The notes: generated by a model not told the origin, from the sequence alone. Counted from the stretch's first letter, positions 1-10,150 are shown. The stretch is 39,373 nucleotides of DNA from Gammaproteobacteria bacterium (GCA_003140135.1 PLIX01000151.1:1-39373); one strand, 5' to 3'. Translations and numbers: made by a program.

Positions 1-388
1 CGGCGAGCTCCTCGATCTCGTCCTCGTCAAGCACCCGGTGGCCGCCGAGCCGCGCAACCGCGTCCCGGTCACCCGCCGACCGCTCGCAATGGCGGGCGAA
101 CACCCGGGCGGCGATGCCGAACAGCCACGCCCGGTCCGATCCCCGGTGGGGGTCGAACCTGGCGAAGCCATCCATGGCCCGGACGAACGTCTCGGAGGTG
201 AGATCGGCGACCGTCTGCGGATCGCGGCACCGGCGCGCGAAGTAGCCCATGAGGACGTCGACGTTGCGCAGGTACACCTGCTCGAATTCCTCAAGCGGCG
301 AGCTCGGCGGCCCTCCACGCGACCGCGCTCTCACCGCGACCGGTCGCTCCCGCATCGTCCTCACCAGTGCGCTTGCCTCCGTGCTCAT
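1..388 (-). CDS. ECF-type RNA polymerase sigma-70 factor, N-terminal part; the 3' end runs off the window
   Basis: Absent from the ORF track because it is open at the window edge. Manual minus-strand translation from the ATG at 388-386 gives MSTEASALVRTMRERPVAVRARSRGGPPSSPLEEFEQVYLRNVDVLMGYFARRCRDPQTVADLTSETFVRAMDGFARFDPHRGSDRAWLFGIAARVFARH... This has the layout of sigma-70 region 2 in ECF sigma factors. Confidence 0.7.
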   Translation of the reverse strand, partial: MSTEASALVRTMRERPVAVRARSRGGPPSSPLEEFEQVYLRNVDVLMGYFARRCRDPQTVADLTSETFVRAMDGFARFDPHRGSDRAWLFGIAARVFARHCERSAGDRDAVARLGGHRVLDEDEIEELA

Positions 389-752
389 GTCCTCTAGTTG
401 CGATCCTGGCCTGAAGCTGTGACATCGCCTGCGACGCGCCGCCCGTCACCACCCCGACCCGCGGATGACCCGGCCGGTCCGCGGCGGCTCAGTGTCAACT
501 GCAACCGAATCTTGACCCCAATCCGCCCTCGAATCCGCCTGCCGATACGGGGTCAGTTTTCACCCGCAGCTGACAATGGCTCGAGAGTTCCAACTATGGC
601 GCCGTGTGCACAACCACCGCCGGCTCGCAGACCAATACCTATCAACGGTTCTCGCGTAAACAGACGGTGCTCGACGGTGATGGGACTCGCGCGACGACCG
701 CCTAGGCCCGTCGGCCCGTGGGATCGCGAACCGACCTCAGTACACTCCTGTT

Positions 753-1511
753 ATGGCGTCCACTCTTCAAGGAACAGTCGCGCTGGTCACCGGAGCGTCG
801 AGCGGCATCGGAGCGGCAACCGCCCGCCAGCTCTCGGCATCTGGAGCAGCGGTAGCTCTTGCAGCCCGGCGCAAGGACAGGCTCGAGACACTCGCCAACG
901 AGATCGGCCATGCCGGTGGAACGGCGCTTGTCATCGAGTGCGACGTCACCAAGCAGGACGAGGCGACCGAGGCTGTCGAACACACGGTCTCCGAACTCGG
1001 CCGTCTCGACACACTCGTCAACAATGCCGGCGTGATGCTCCTCGGTCCTGCGGCGGACGCTCCGTTGTCGGAGTGGCAGCGTATGGTCGAGCTCAACATC
1101 CTCGGCCTCCTCTACTGCGCCCACGCGGCAACACCCCATCTGCTCCGCGCCGCTGCCGACGGTCCTCGCAACGTCGCAGACATGGTCAACATCAGCTCGG
1201 TTGCAGGCCGCGTCGCACGCAGCGGCAACGGCGTCTACAGCCTGACTAAGCATGGCATCGGCGCCTTCAGCGAATCGCTCCGCCAAGAACTAACCAAGCG
1301 CTATGTCCGCATCTCGCTGGTTGAGCCAGGTGCCACAGCGACCGAGCTCGCTTCTCACAACAGAGCCGAGGTGCTTGAGAGCATCAAGAGCCAGTTCGGG
1401 CAGACCATGGCAGCAGAGGACATCGCCGACGCGATTACCTACATCGTTACCCGCCCTCGCACCGTCGCCATCAACGAGCTGCTCATCCGCCCCACCGAAC
1501 AGGAGCGGTAG
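753..1511 (+). CDS. Short-chain dehydrogenase/reductase (SDR) family oxidoreductase
   Basis: 252-aa ORF with the Rossmann motif TGASSGIGAATA near the N-terminus, an NNAG motif, and a catalytic Ser plus YSLTKHG (YxxxK). Confidence 0.9.
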   Translation: MASTLQGTVALVTGASSGIGAATARQLSASGAAVALAARRKDRLETLANEIGHAGGTALVIECDVTKQDEATEAVEHTVSELGRLDTLVNNAGVMLLGPAADAPLSEWQRMVELNILGLLYCAHAATPHLLRAAADGPRNVADMVNISSVAGRVARSGNGVYSLTKHGIGAFSESLRQELTKRYVRISLVEPGATATELASHNRAEVLESIKSQFGQTMAAEDIADAITYIVTRPRTVAINELLIRPTEQER

Positions 1512-1640
1512 CCGTGTCAACTCCCCTGTGTTCGAGACCGCTCGGAGCCTGAGCGAAGTGGGTTCAGGTTGGGGGGCAATGGGGCAATGGGCGGCACAGC
1601 TGCGTCCCAGTGAGAGAATGGCTCGCCCGACGTCAGGCGC

Positions 1641-2141
1641 ATGATCGACAAGGCTAAGGCGGTCTCGGTGTCGAGGCGGAACAATGCCCCTGTGCCCTCG
1701 GTGTTCGGCATTCTGGCGGGCCCGGCTCGGCATGTGGAGCTGGACGGCTCGGGGATGCTGCGAAACGCTGTCACCTCGAACCCTATAACTCGCGTGGGGG
1801 ACGTCTTTGTCATGAAAATGTACTACTCGGAGCTGGGCGACTACGAGATGAACAACCACGTGGTCGAGTACGAGCAAGACCGGCGGATCGGCTGGGAACC
1901 GGAAGCCGGGCGCGGCCACCCGCGCGCCGGACGGTCGTTGGGGCAGCGGTGGAGCTACCAGCTCACCCCCGATGGGCCGGATGCGACCGTCGTGACGGAG
2001 ATCTACGACTGCACACGAGCGCCGGAAGAGGCGCGTGCCGGGATGGACAACGGCAAGGTCTGGATCGAGGCCATGGCCAAGACGCTGGAGCGGCTTGACG
2101 CGCTGTGCGCCCGGCAGGGAAACCAGCCCAGTGCGTCATAG
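1641..2141 (+). CDS. SRPBCC / polyketide-cyclase-like START-fold protein (putative)
   Basis: 166-aa ORF. Segments VFVMKMYY..HVVEYEQDRRIGWEP..WSYQLTPDGPDATVVTEIYDC resemble SRPBCC-family proteins. The family call is from recollection only and the start codon was not verified. Confidence 0.55.
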   Translation: MIDKAKAVSVSRRNNAPVPSVFGILAGPARHVELDGSGMLRNAVTSNPITRVGDVFVMKMYYSELGDYEMNNHVVEYEQDRRIGWEPEAGRGHPRAGRSLGQRWSYQLTPDGPDATVVTEIYDCTRAPEEARAGMDNGKVWIEAMAKTLERLDALCARQGNQPSAS

Positions 2142-2195
2142 GCCCGGTTGGCCGGGGATCGCGGTCATGGGCCGAAGAGCTGCTCGCCGTCGCAC

Positions 2196-2375
2196 GCCCA
2201 CCAGCGCCGACGCGTCGTGCATGCCGGGAAATACAGGGTCGTCCTCGGTGCCCAGGCCGAAATCCAGCACCGACGGGTCCGGGTCAGGTCCGCCCGCGAG
2301 CCGCACTCCCGCGATGTAGCGCGGGTCGTGCACCAGCTCAAGCTCCGCGTCAGTGGCGGGCACCGGGCTCTGGAC
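2196..2375 (-). pseudogene. acuC: Internal fragment (about 60 aa) of an AcuC / histone-deacetylase-family gene
   Basis: The minus frame reads PVPATDAELELVHDPRYIAGVRLAGGPDPDPSVLDFGLGTEDDPVFPGMHDASALVG. This parallels B. subtilis AcuC ..EEELSLVHTDDYIQAVKLAG..YGLGTEDTPVFAGMHEA. There is no start codon and no remainder of the roughly 390-aa enzyme, and similarity ends on both sides. Confidence 0.6.
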
Positions 2376-2864
2376 CGACACCCCGGCCTCGGCGAACGTC
2401 GCCATGCCGGTGTGGCACGCCAGCGCCGCGCGCAGAACCAGCAGCGCGACGGCGGCGCCGGAGGCTTCGCCGAGCCGCATGTTGAGGTCGAGCAGCGGCT
2501 TTAGCCCAAGCTCGTCGAGCAGCATGCGGTGGCCGGCTTCGGCCGAGACGTGGCCGGCGAGCGCGTGCGCCAGCGTATCGGTGCGCAGCTTGAAGAGCGG
2601 CGCCACGGCGGCGGTGCAGACGAAGCCGTCGAGCAGCACCGGGATGGAGTGACGCCGCGCCGCCAATGCGGCGCCGAGGATGGCGGCAAGCTCGCGGCCG
2701 GCAAGCGCCGCGGCAATCGCCAGTGGATCGTGCAGCAAGGCGGCGTGGCGGTTGAGCGCGCGATCGATGACGGCGCGCTTTCGCGCCAGACCCTGGTCGT
2801 CGATGCCGGTGCCGCGGCCGGCCCAGCGCGCGGCGCGGCCGCCGAACAGCGCGGCCGCGATGGC
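2376..2864 (-). pseudogene. cobT: C-terminal half (about 163 aa) of nicotinate-nucleotide--dimethylbenzimidazole phosphoribosyltransferase, N-terminal half missing
   Basis: The minus frame reads GRGTGIDDQGLARKRAVIDRAL..IPVLLDGFVCTAAVAP..SAEAGHRMLLDELGLKPLLDLNMRLGEASGAAVALLVLRAALACHTGMATFAEAGVS. This matches the conserved C-terminal half of CobT nearly motif for motif. Very GC-rich (48/60 on line 2401-2460). Confidence 0.75.
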
Positions 2865-5800
2865 GGCGGCTGCGATCGCGACGTTGTAGATGATCTGGGT
2901 GACCGCCTGCCACAGCGGCAGGAGTGGCAGGTGTTCGGCATTCAGAGGCACGACGATGGTGTCGCCGGGTCTGATCTGGACCGTGCTGCTGCTATACCAG
3001 CGGTGGCTTTCGTTGATGACGACACTGCCGTTGGCACGCACGACATAGATCCGGCCGGTATCCGCGCGGCGCGTCACGCCGCCGCTCATCGCGATGTAGT
3101 TGTCGCGCGTCAAGTTCGGCTTGTAGAGGTGCGATGTGACGGACTGCACTTCGCCGATGACGGTGATCTCCTGCTGGTACTTGGGAACGAGGAGCTCATC
3201 GGCGTCGCGAAGAATGACGTCGTTGGTTGAGCCCAAGGGATCGCGCAGGGCGGCGGGCAGATTGATGACCAGCCGTCCGACGGCCTTCGTCGCCTTCAGC
3301 TGCCCGAGCAGCGACTGACCCACCTGCAACGAAGTGCCCGCCTGTGACTGGTTGGCTGCAGCACCCTCCAGGGCCACGAATGTAATGTCGTTCTGAATTT
3401 TCGCCGCGAGCATGTCGAGCTGCTTCTGTTCGCGGTCGCGCAGTTCCTTGCGCGTATATACCGCGCCGTCGGCGAAGGCATATTTAGTGAGGCCACCGGC
3501 GCGCTCCAAGACCGACTTCAGTGTCTCGCCAGGCTGAATCGTATATTTGCCCGCAAATCTGACCTCTCCGCGCAGATTGATTTCCGCGGGCTTCTCCCAC
3601 AACTGCACCTCCTTGATGCTCAGGATGTCGAAAGGCTCAAGACGCAGGTTGCTGGCGGGGTCGCCACGCAGCGCGGCCGCCAGATCAATTTGAAGAACGT
3701 CGGTCTTGCGCGTCTCGCCCGCGACCACGTTATATCGGGTAAGCTCCGCTTGGCCTCCGTAGGCGGCCTCCGTCAAACTGCCGCCGGCCCGCACCAGATC
3801 CCGCACCGTCATGCCGGTCTCGAGGGGATATTCGCCTGGGACTTTGGCGTGACCTTCGATGCGTACGACTTCGTTCGGACGCTGGATGTTCGACTGCAGC
3901 TTCAATTCGTCGAGGAGCGGCTGAACGATACGGTCGCGGCTCGACTGCAGGTCAAAGACCATGATGCGATCGCGAGCCATGAGCGGAGTATCCGCGGCGG
4001 ATCCGGGCGAGCGCAGCGCGGCCGCGAGATCGGCTGACAGGACGACAATGCGCCGATCCGGGGGCAGTTCGCGGCGGATCAGCAAATAGTGAATGTCCGC
4101 ATTCGGCTTTAGATCGTCTACCGAATGCACCGCGTCGCTCAAGCGCATGCCCGCGTGATAGGCGAACGCACCGGTCGAGTACACGTAGCCCTCGACGAGG
4201 ACGCCAGCATCGAGCGACGGGCGCAGTCGCGAGACGCGCAGCAGATCGCCGTTGCGAGCCGGCTGCGCCTTCGCGCCTCCGCCGGACAGATCAACGCGTA
4301 GCACGACGCGATGCTGGGCACTGTCGATACGCGTGAGAGCAGCGTTCGCGAGGTCAGCCTCGGGCGCAAGGCCGCCGGCAAGCTCAATCACATCCGCAAG
4401 CGAAGTTTCGCCGCGCGTCTCATAAATGGCCGGACGGCGCACTTCGCCATCGACACCGATGGTGGGTCCCACGGGCGGGATGAAAATGACGTCGCCCGGC
4501 AAGAGCTTCGCATCATCGACCGTGTTGCCGCGGATCAACATGTCATACACGTCGAGCCGCCGCACTAGCGTTCCCTGGCGCTTAAGCTCAATGTTGCGCA
4601 ACGAGCCTTCGGGGCGAACGCCTCCGGCGGCGAACAGCGCAGACGTGATCGTTGCGAGGCCGCTGACCGTGTACGACCCTGGCCGTTTCGCCTCGCCGAG
4701 CACGAACACGCGGATCTCGCGCGTGTCGCCCATTGAGACGCTCGCGCGCGTGCCGATCATCTGTCGCTCCACCTGCGTTTCCAGAGTCGCCTTCGCCGCG
4801 TTGAATGTCAGGCCGGCGACGCTGACCGGACCGAGTTCGGGAACCTGTACGCGGCCGTCGCGGCCGACGATTAGCATGAGGTTACGGTTGACGGTGCCAT
4901 AGAAGAGCACATCGAGCTCATCCCCGGCGCCCACCACGTAATCCGCCGGCACCGGTACGTTCGTCGCCGGCGCAAATGTGGACAGCCGCTGATCGAAGAG
5001 GTCATAGCCGAAGGGCTTGAGTGCCGCCACCCCCAACTTCTTCAGCGGCAGCTTCGTCACGTGGATGTACAGATCGCGCAGTGAAGGTTCAATTCCGAGA
5101 CGTAGCAGCGCCAGCTGCTCGGTCAGTCCGGCAAGCGGCATTGGAGCAAAGCCCGGAAGAAGCAGCATGCCGTCGCGCGTGAGCTGATATGGATTTTTCG
5201 AGCGAATCAGGTCGATGAGGTCGTCGCGCGTCTTCTTTTCTTCGTCCGTGAGCTCAGGTTTGACGTCGGCGCCCGATCCGTTGGCCCCGGGCGCTGCGCC
5301 ATTCGAGTTATTCTGTCCAGCACCAGGGGTGCCGCCCGCAGCGCCACCACCCGCAGCACCACCTGCGGCAATCGCTGCACCCGGTAGTCCACCGATCAGC
5401 GCGCCTGTCGACGCAGCGGCGCCCGGCGGAAGTTGCGACAACGGCGAGCTTGGAAGACCGGAAATCGAGGGCGCGCCACCTTGCTGCTGCATATTCTGCG
5501 TGAGTGGATTGGCCGCCGCAGGATAGGCGTCGATGGTGATGATGAGCCAATCGTCGCCCTTGAAGAACGGGCTTAAGAGCTCCCGCTCTTCGTCAAACTG
5601 CCTCTGCTGCTGCTCACGGGCGCGCGCGTCGGCTTCCTGCTCCTCCATCTCCTCGCTCGGTCGCTGCCGCCCGGGCTGGGACTGTGTGCCTAAGCCGCCA
5701 AGACCACCTGTACCGCTTGCCCCGCCGAGACCGCCAAGACCGCCGCCGCTGCTGGTACCGCCGCCGCCAATGCCGAGCTGATTCATGATCGCGTCGCGCT

Positions 5801-5954
5801 GGTCAGGCGGGAGGCTCTGCAGCATCTGCAGCGGCGAATTATCGGAGGACGAACCGCTGGTGCTCTGCGCGGTGGCGGGCCCGATGGAGGTGAGACTGGC
5901 GGCACATAGGACCAGAATCGCGAGCAGCGCAAACGGACGTCTTCTCAGGCGCAT
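2865..5954 (-). CDS. Polysaccharide export outer-membrane protein, Wza/KpsD-like with multiple SLBB domains; native stop codon missing
   Basis: Signal peptide MRLRRRPFALLAILVLCAASLTSIGPATAQ. A Poly_export-like core (PADYVVGAGDELDVLFYG) is followed by about six SLBB-type repeats (RPGSYTVSGLATITSALFAAGGV, RPAIYETRGETSLADVIELAGGL, VPGEYPLETGMTVRDLVRAGGSL, FAGKYTIQPGETLKSVLERAGGL and others). The tail is family-typical: RPGDTIVVPLNAEHLPLLPLWQAVTQIIYNVAIAAAA. The frame then runs on into the CobT/AcuC fragments as far as the stop at 2136-2138, so the 3' end given here is approximate. Confidence 0.85.
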
Positions 5955-6143
5955 TGCAACCCTTCACCCCGGCAGGAGGGGGCGATTGTACTGAAGCGCG
6001 AGGCGCGTAAGCGACCATTCTTGCGGCGCGAGCCGGAGCGCATGCAGCGGCTGTGCCGCGATCGAGTCGCAGATCCATGGCGACTTCGGTCGCGGCCCGC
6101 TATTCTGCGGCTGATTTTTCCAGCAGCGGTTGCCTCAAGAACC

Positions 6144-8111
6144 ATGAAGAGCACCCTTTCGGTCACGGCATGGCTCATCGTCGCGCTGCCTGCGGTCGCT
6201 CTCGGACGCGGTGTAACCCCTTATCTGCCCCTGAACCTTGAGCCCGAGATCGAGCGCGACATCGAGCGTGTGCTCGTTCTGGCCGACACGCCGGTGATGA
6301 CGCGCCCCATTCCGGCGGTGATGGTGTTCGATGCGCTGCCCAAAGCCTGCGTAGTCGACACGCCCATGTGCAAGAGGGTCAGACGCTTCCTCGCGCGCTA
6401 CATGCACACCTCCGGCATCACCTACGCGAGCGCGCAAGCGGGCTCTTCGAGCGGCGCCAATATCGCCATCCCCAACGCGCACGGCCTTGACACCGGCGAC
6501 CACTGGCAGTTGGACGGCCAAGCCTACTATCAGCCGAGCGATTATATCCTGGCGAGCGCCGGCGTCATTGCCTACTCAGGCAGGACAACGCCCACCGGAA
6601 CCATGCTGAGCCTGGGCGGTGACCGTCTGCAGATTGATATCGGCTACCGCGATCACTGGTGGTCGCCGATGACGGACAGCGCCATGGTGATCAGTACGGA
6701 AGCGGCGACGATGCCGTCGATCTCGGTGTCCAACAGCATGCCGTTCACAAGACTTGGCCTGCAGTACGAGCTCTTCCTCGCGCGCATGTCCGAGTCCGAT
6801 CGGATCCTCTTCGAGGACCACCTGACGCACGGCAATCCGCTCTTTGCGGGCTTTCACCTGCAGATCCAGCCGACGAGCGGCTGGGCGCTCGGACTCAATC
6901 GCATTCTGCAATACGGCGGCGGCGGCTATGGCGGAACTTCCGCGAGCGAGCTTTTCAAGGCGTTCTTCGATCCCGCCGCGGCGCAGAACCCGGGCTCCAA
7001 CCCGGCCAAGAACAACACCGCCTTCGGCAATCAGGAAGCCTCCGTCACGAGCCGTTTCATCTTTCCGGGCAAGGTGCCGTTTTCAATCTATTTCGAATAC
7101 GCGGGCGAGGACACCTCGCGCGGCAGGAACTATCTCCTCGGCGACTGCGACCTGTCAGCCGGCATCAACTTCCCGCGGCTCGGTCCCTTCGACGTCACCT
7201 TCGAGATCTCCAACTGGCAGGAAGGCTGGTACGTGCACGACATCTATCTCGACGGGCTTGTGAACTACGGTCACGTGACGGGTAACTGGTTCGGGGATCA
7301 GCGTCAATTCGGCGACGGCGTGGGTGGCGAGAGCAACATGCTGAAGGTGGGCTGGGATGCGCCCTTCGGCGGTCTCCTCGAGACCCAGATTCGCACGCTC
7401 GTCAACGCCTCCTATTCCACTGTCCCCTACACGCACGAGTATCAGGCGCTCATCCGCTATTCGCGGCCGTGGAAGGACTACACGGTGGGCGGTGAGATCT
7501 TCGCGGGGCGCGACGTCTTTGGGCAGCATTTTACGACCGTGGATGCCTTCATGCGCTTGGGTGGAGGCGAGACGAGTCGCGACGAGAGCGCCGACGATGA
7601 GTCGGATAGCGCGCAGGCTCCCGAGTTAAAGGGCGGCCAGGTGTTCGTGGATGCCGGTGCAAACGTCAATCGCGTTCTCGTCGATCTGTCCGACTCCGTG
7701 CCGCGCACCTATACGGGGGTCGAGGCGGCGCCGCATCTGGGGTTCGGCGCCCGACGGGCGGTGTCCGAGCATCAGGATCTGGGAGCGCGCGTCGAGTACG
7801 ATGAGATCGACAATCACGCGCTCATCTCGGTGCGCGCGCTCGACTATCGCTATCGCTTCGATTCGCCGCTTGCGGTGAGTGCATTCCTCGGCGCCGCGCG
7901 CTACTCGCTCATCTCTCCCGCCTATGGCTTCTATCTGGGCACCGGGGTGCAATATCGCAACCTCCTTCCCGGCTGGGACCTGAGCCTCGACTTTCGTGAC
8001 GACGTGAAAGTCGCTCGCCGTCACGTCTACTCCTTTGAGCCTACGACCGGCCGACCCGACCAGTTCTACGACATCACCGACTTGGCCTTGTACATCAGTC
8101 ATTCCTTCTGA
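6144..8111 (+). CDS. wzi: Capsule assembly protein Wzi family (outer-membrane beta-barrel)
   Basis: The track ORF is 6021-8111. I place the start at ATG 6144, which gives a signal peptide MKSTLSVTAWLIVALPAVALG. The mature N-terminus TPYLPLNLEPEIERDIERVLVLAD and the Gly/Tyr-rich beta-strand-like remainder fit Wzi as I remember it. Confidence 0.75.
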   Translation: MKSTLSVTAWLIVALPAVALGRGVTPYLPLNLEPEIERDIERVLVLADTPVMTRPIPAVMVFDALPKACVVDTPMCKRVRRFLARYMHTSGITYASAQAGSSSGANIAIPNAHGLDTGDHWQLDGQAYYQPSDYILASAGVIAYSGRTTPTGTMLSLGGDRLQIDIGYRDHWWSPMTDSAMVISTEAATMPSISVSNSMPFTRLGLQYELFLARMSESDRILFEDHLTHGNPLFAGFHLQIQPTSGWALGLNRILQYGGGGYGGTSASELFKAFFDPAAAQNPGSNPAKNNTAFGNQEASVTSRFIFPGKVPFSIYFEYAGEDTSRGRNYLLGDCDLSAGINFPRLGPFDVTFEISNWQEGWYVHDIYLDGLVNYGHVTGNWFGDQRQFGDGVGGESNMLKVGWDAPFGGLLETQIRTLVNASYSTVPYTHEYQALIRYSRPWKDYTVGGEIFAGRDVFGQHFTTVDAFMRLGGGETSRDESADDESDSAQAPELKGGQVFVDAGANVNRVLVDLSDSVPRTYTGVEAAPHLGFGARRAVSEHQDLGARVEYDEIDNHALISVRALDYRYRFDSPLAVSAFLGAARYSLISPAYGFYLGTGVQYRNLLPGWDLSLDFRDDVKVARRHVYSFEPTTGRPDQFYDITDLALYISHSF

Positions 8112-8914
8112 AGGTAACGGCGGCAGAGTTCCTCGAAGGGGGAGTCCGCGGGAAAGCGGGCGTTCTTATCAAAGCCTGAGCTCGTCTTCATCATCTGCTG
8201 CCACAGATGCACGGTGCGGCTTTCCTGCGTCCACGGCGGCGTCGTCGCGACGCGGCTTGCAAACATGACGCGCCAGTCCTCGCAGCGCACCGGATAGAAC
8301 TGCGCGGGCGGCTGCGCCTTCCCGATATAGCCCAAGTACCGTGCCGCCTGCGTGAGGCCCTTGGGGCCGAATTCACCCCAGCGCACCCGATCGCGTCGAT
8401 TGCCGCCGAGGTAGCGGCGGCGCAGCTTGCGCAGCCGCAGCGATAAATTGTCGTACGGCAGGAGCCGATTCGGGTTTTCGCAGCAGGTGGCGAGCCACAC
8501 GGCAAGCGCGTGGCCGGCCGGCAGGCCGAGCACCGCGTTGTTGAGAAGCTGTGCATCCTGCCAGCCGAAGATTTCAGCCTGCCGATAGGCAAGCGGCGCG
8601 AGGCACACGACATCCGCATCCGCCCAGATCCCGCCGCGCTCGCTAAGCAGCCGATAGCGAAACCAGTCGCTGAACGAGCCGAGTGATCCGGTGCGTCGAT
8701 GCGTGAAGAGCTGCGTGCGCGGCAGGATGTCCGCGGCGCTCATGAGACGCACGCCCGCGGGAGGCGCCGCCGGCGCGTCGTAGACATAAAGATCCAGTGG
8801 ATGGCCGTGAGCAAGGAACGAGGCCATGGAAAGCCGCTCGACGCGCGAGAGCGGCGCGCCATGCCAGAACATCTGAACCGCCGGCAGCGGCGATGCGGAT
8901 GCCGCGCCTTGCAT
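8099..8914 (-). CDS. Glycosyltransferase with DXD sugar-binding region (GT32 / Gly_transf_sug-like)
   Basis: 271-aa ORF. The N-terminus VQMFWHGAPLSRVERLSMASFLAHGH and SDWFRYRLLSERGGIWADADVVCL (DXD = DAD) follow the pattern of OCH1/alpha-1,4-glycosyltransferase-like capsular enzymes. Its 3' end overlaps the convergent wzi by 13 nt. Confidence 0.7.
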   Translation of the reverse strand: MQGAASASPLPAVQMFWHGAPLSRVERLSMASFLAHGHPLDLYVYDAPAAPPAGVRLMSAADILPRTQLFTHRRTGSLGSFSDWFRYRLLSERGGIWADADVVCLAPLAYRQAEIFGWQDAQLLNNAVLGLPAGHALAVWLATCCENPNRLLPYDNLSLRLRKLRRRYLGGNRRDRVRWGEFGPKGLTQAARYLGYIGKAQPPAQFYPVRCEDWRVMFASRVATTPPWTQESRTVHLWQQMMKTSSGFDKNARFPADSPFEELCRRYLQKE

Positions 8915-8931
8915 GATTTAGAAAACGCTCA

Positions 8932-10131
8932 TCAGCGCCTGTAGAAGTCGGCGATGGCGTCGACCACATACTGCAGTTGAGTCTCGTCAAGCTCCGGATA
9001 GATCGGCAGCGCCACCGTCTCTTCGGCGGCGCGCTCGGACTCGGGAAATGCCCCGCTCGCGTGGCCGAGGTAGGCGAAGCATTTTTGCAGATGCAGCGGC
9101 ACGGGGTAGTAGATCTCGGTGCCGACACCTGCGGCCATGAGATGCTGCCGCAGGGGGTTTCGATCGCGCACCCGCAGAACATATTGATTGTAGATGTGCC
9201 GCCCCGCCGCGGCGCGCGGTGGCGTTTGCACCGCGCCGCCGAGATCAGCCCGTGCGAAGGCGGCATCGTAAAAGGCGGCGTTCTTTTGCCGCCGGGCGGT
9301 CCACGCATCCAGATGCTCGAACTTCACGTTGAGCACTGCCGCCTGCAGCTCATCGATGCGGAAATTGCCGCCGATGAAGGGGTGGTAGTACTTGGGCTTG
9401 CCGCCATGCACGCGCAGCAGTTCGAGCCGCTCGGCGAGCGCCGGATCATTCGCAACGCACATGCCGGCGTCGCCGAAGGCGCCCAGGTTCTTGGTGGGAA
9501 AGAACGACAGGCAGCCGATGTGTCCAAAGCTGCCGGCGCGTTTGCCCGCGCCATCTTCGGCGCCGATGGCCTGCGCCACATCCTCGATCACCTGCAGCCC
9601 GAGCCGCCGTGCGCTCGTCATGAGGGGGTCCATGTCGCACAGACGACCGTACAGATGCACCGGCATCAGCGCCTTGATGCGCCCGCCGGTGCGGCGGTTC
9701 ACCCATTCGCGACCGCGCAGCTCGCAGCGCTCCTCGATGAGCCGCTCCAGGGCGGCCGGTGAGAGATTGAAGCTGTCATGATCGATATCGCAGAAGAGCG
9801 GCCGCGCGCCGACGCGGGCGATCGTGCCGGCGGTTGCGAAAAACGTATAGGGACTGGTGATGACCTCGTCGCCCGCGCCGATCTCGAGGGCCATGAGCGC
9901 AACGAGCAGCGCATCGGTGCCCGAGGAGACGCCGATGCCATGGCGGCATTGCGAGTACTCGGCAATCTTCGTCTCGAGTTCCCGCACTTGCGGACCCAGA
10001 ATAAAATGCTGACTCGCGCAGACTTTCTCGATAGCCGCCTGGATCTCGCCCTTGAGCTCGCGGTACTGCTGCTTCAGATCCAAGAGCGGGACCTGCATGG
10101 CCGGCGACGGCTGCGTCAAGCTGAGCGGCAT
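8932..10131 (-). CDS. DegT/DnrJ/EryC1/StrS family PLP-dependent sugar aminotransferase
   Basis: The track ORF extends to 10239. I place the start at ATG 10131 (MPLSLTQPSPAMQVPLLDLKQQYRELKGEIQAAIEKV), preceded by GGAGAA and lying clear of the upstream stop at 10151. Motifs HFILGPQVRELE, GVSSGTDAL and SFFPTKNLGAFGDAG (PLP lysine) are present. Confidence 0.9.
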   Translation of the reverse strand: MPLSLTQPSPAMQVPLLDLKQQYRELKGEIQAAIEKVCASQHFILGPQVRELETKIAEYSQCRHGIGVSSGTDALLVALMALEIGAGDEVITSPYTFFATAGTIARVGARPLFCDIDHDSFNLSPAALERLIEERCELRGREWVNRRTGGRIKALMPVHLYGRLCDMDPLMTSARRLGLQVIEDVAQAIGAEDGAGKRAGSFGHIGCLSFFPTKNLGAFGDAGMCVANDPALAERLELLRVHGGKPKYYHPFIGGNFRIDELQAAVLNVKFEHLDAWTARRQKNAAFYDAAFARADLGGAVQTPPRAAAGRHIYNQYVLRVRDRNPLRQHLMAAGVGTEIYYPVPLHLQKCFAYLGHASGAFPESERAAEETVALPIYPELDETQLQYVVDAIADFYRR

Positions 10132-10150
10132 GTGTTCTCCAGGTGTGCCA

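Noticed and set aside
398-1286. 283-aa plus-strand ORF (398-1249) and 194-aa minus-strand ORF (702-1286)
   Set aside because: They overlap the SDR gene in other frames and have an extreme Arg/Pro/Ser composition. The SDR frame has the canonical motifs.
2136-5954. 1272-aa ORF taken at face value as one giant protein
   Set aside because: It is a read-through of three unrelated pieces (exporter, CobT C-terminal half, AcuC fragment). High GC keeps the frame open. It is annotated here as one CDS plus two fragments.
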